Below, in pieces: positions 62,767 through 64,000 of a stretch of 64,000 nt of DNA. Source of the stretch: a virus; IMG/VR virus record IMGVR_UViG_3300027754_000039, positions 32,001 through 96,000 of that record; one strand, given 5' to 3'. The first letter of the stretch is position 1; every line of letters starts with the position of its first letter. The notes below the pieces were generated by a model. It saw only the letters and a program-made list of their open reading frames with translations, was not told the DNA's origin and did no database searches. The translations under genes were made by a program, and so were the position numbers.

Positions 62767-63612
62767 TTATACTTTCTTAAGTTCTTTTACTAATTCATGA
62801 TAACGTAACAAACTTAATATATGAGTATCTTTAACTGTTTTAGCAGATGCTATCTTACTTAATAAATTAGATACTTCAGTTAATTTAATTTTAACTACTT
62901 TATCATCAACCTTTAAAGTCAATGATTTAAGTGACTTTTGAAGTTTAAAAACTTCTTCTCCTATAAAAGATTTCAATTCAGTTCCTTCTGACACTGCATT
63001 AATATAATTTCTTAATATAGATTTCTGTCCTTCATTTAAATCAGAATATTTTTCATTGAATCTATCAACTAAAATTTTATATGATAATAAACGAACTTCT
63101 TTGTCTTGTTTAATAAAAGAAGACATTTCATTTAAAGGAGCAATCTTCTTAACGTCTTTACGAGTTATATGCTCAATTAATGTATATCTATTATTAACAG
63201 ACTCTACAGGGCTATCAGCTATTGTATATTCAAATAACTTATATATAGCAGCTAGAGTTTTATAATTACTAACTTTTGTTTTAAAGAAATCTTCTAATAC
63301 ATAAGTATTTTTAATTTCTTTAATTAAATTATATTTCTGTCTGTTTATAACGGTTTGGTTCAATTTCGCTTTGGCAGCCGATACAGCATCTATTAAATGA
63401 CCTGCTTTATCTTCTTTAGCAAATTTTTCTTTTACAAGAGTTTGGTACAGGTTTAATTCTTTTGCTAATTCCGTAGATTTAGCAAAATACTTTTTAATAA
63501 TTGGAATCGCCTTTGAATCATTATTGTTCAAAGTATCCGATGCAACTTGACGTACAAGAAGTTCGAATAGAACACCCGTGTTTTTAAACTTTGAATGCTT
63601 TAAATTTTTCAT
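62767..63612 (-). CDS. conserved head-region protein
   Basis: KHSKFKNTGVLFELLVRQ, FNEKY..L...QK.IL..YI; ATATTTAT at 63638-63645. Confidence 0.7.
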   Translation of the reverse strand: MKNLKHSKFKNTGVLFELLVRQVASDTLNNNDSKAIPIIKKYFAKSTELAKELNLYQTLVKEKFAKEDKAGHLIDAVSAAKAKLNQTVINRQKYNLIKEIKNTYVLEDFFKTKVSNYKTLAAIYKLFEYTIADSPVESVNNRYTLIEHITRKDVKKIAPLNEMSSFIKQDKEVRLLSYKILVDRFNEKYSDLNEGQKSILRNYINAVSEGTELKSFIGEEVFKLQKSLKSLTLKVDDKVVKIKLTEVSNLLSKIASAKTVKDTHILSLLRYHELVKELKKV

Positions 63613-63665
63613 TAATAGGCTTTTTGTTTTCTTAATAATAAATATGGTACTATTGTTCTTTTACT

Positions 63666-64000
63666 TTATTCTGGGATAATATTTGTTTCATCTAGCAATT
63701 TACCTTCAGACTCATTTAATACCTTTGGTTTCTTAGAAGTATACTTAGCTAATCCATACTTTTTAATAGTATCCATAGCTGATTCATTTCTAGAGTTCTT
63801 CCAAGCTACTTTTCCAATGGGATCATATCCTCTAGGATGCTCGTGAGTATTATATTTCATACCTTCTTTTGGGCGACCGGCTCCTGGCCAACCTCCTGCA
63901 GGTGTTTGTTTTTGTCTAGCTTTTGTATCGTATTTTTTCTGAAGAGATTTATCTACGCCTTCTTCTTTAGTAGGTTCTTTTTTCTCTTCCTTGCCGCCGG
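63666..64000 (-). CDS. 3' end of a gene running off the window, probably portal (gp20) C-terminus
   Basis: Frame open from the window edge: ...GGWPGAGRPKEGMKYNTHEHPRGYDPIGK...; position upstream of the head genes. Confidence 0.55.
   Translation of the reverse strand, partial: GGKEEKKEPTKEEGVDKSLQKKYDTKARQKQTPAGGWPGAGRPKEGMKYNTHEHPRGYDPIGKVAWKNSRNESAMDTIKKYGLAKYTSKKPKVLNESEGKLLDETNIIPE

Overview
This is a 64-kb segment of a large, very AT-rich T4-like myophage genome, probably of the Far-T4/RM378 type. Essentially all real genes lie on the minus strand; the one exception is a free-standing endonuclease at 42363-43805. The host is probably Bacteroidota: eight TTTG-N19/20-TATATT[TA][AT] promoters match the Bacteroidota -33/-7 consensus, and Shine-Dalgarno sites are rare. 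The left half (1-30.6 kb) holds replication, recombination and nucleotide genes: clamp loader, sliding clamp, family B polymerase, helicase, 5' exonuclease, RecA/UvsX, ssDNA-binding protein, a second PolA-type polymerase, class II RNR and dUTPase. It also holds GroEL, GroES, a ClpP-like protease and a ferritin. The right half (30.6-64 kb) holds baseplate, tape measure, tail tube, sheath, a 1521-aa repeat-rich fibre, neck, GH19 lysin, PhoH, major capsid, scaffold, prohead protease and the probable portal C-terminus. The most interesting element is a DNA-hypermodification locus wrapped around the DNA polymerase. It combines a 7-deazaguanine pathway (folE, queD, queE, a TGT/DpdA-like enzyme and a DpdL-like T-fold protein, with no queC in the window) with three GT-B glycosyltransferases. 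One of these ends in a clamp-binding-like motif (NKTISSFF) of the same format as the polymerase C-terminus (NDNMADFF), suggesting replication-coupled glycosylation of modified DNA, possibly of a deazaguanine base. Other notable items: a candidate +1/-2 programmed frameshift in the tail assembly chaperone, a GC-rich inverted repeat pair enclosing a small membrane-protein gene, a hairpin that buries an endonuclease start site, a family of putative head-internal proteins with a shared leader, and a late-promoter-like motif that is the reverse complement of the T4 late promoter. All calls come from motif recognition by eye and recalled family knowledge; no searches were run.
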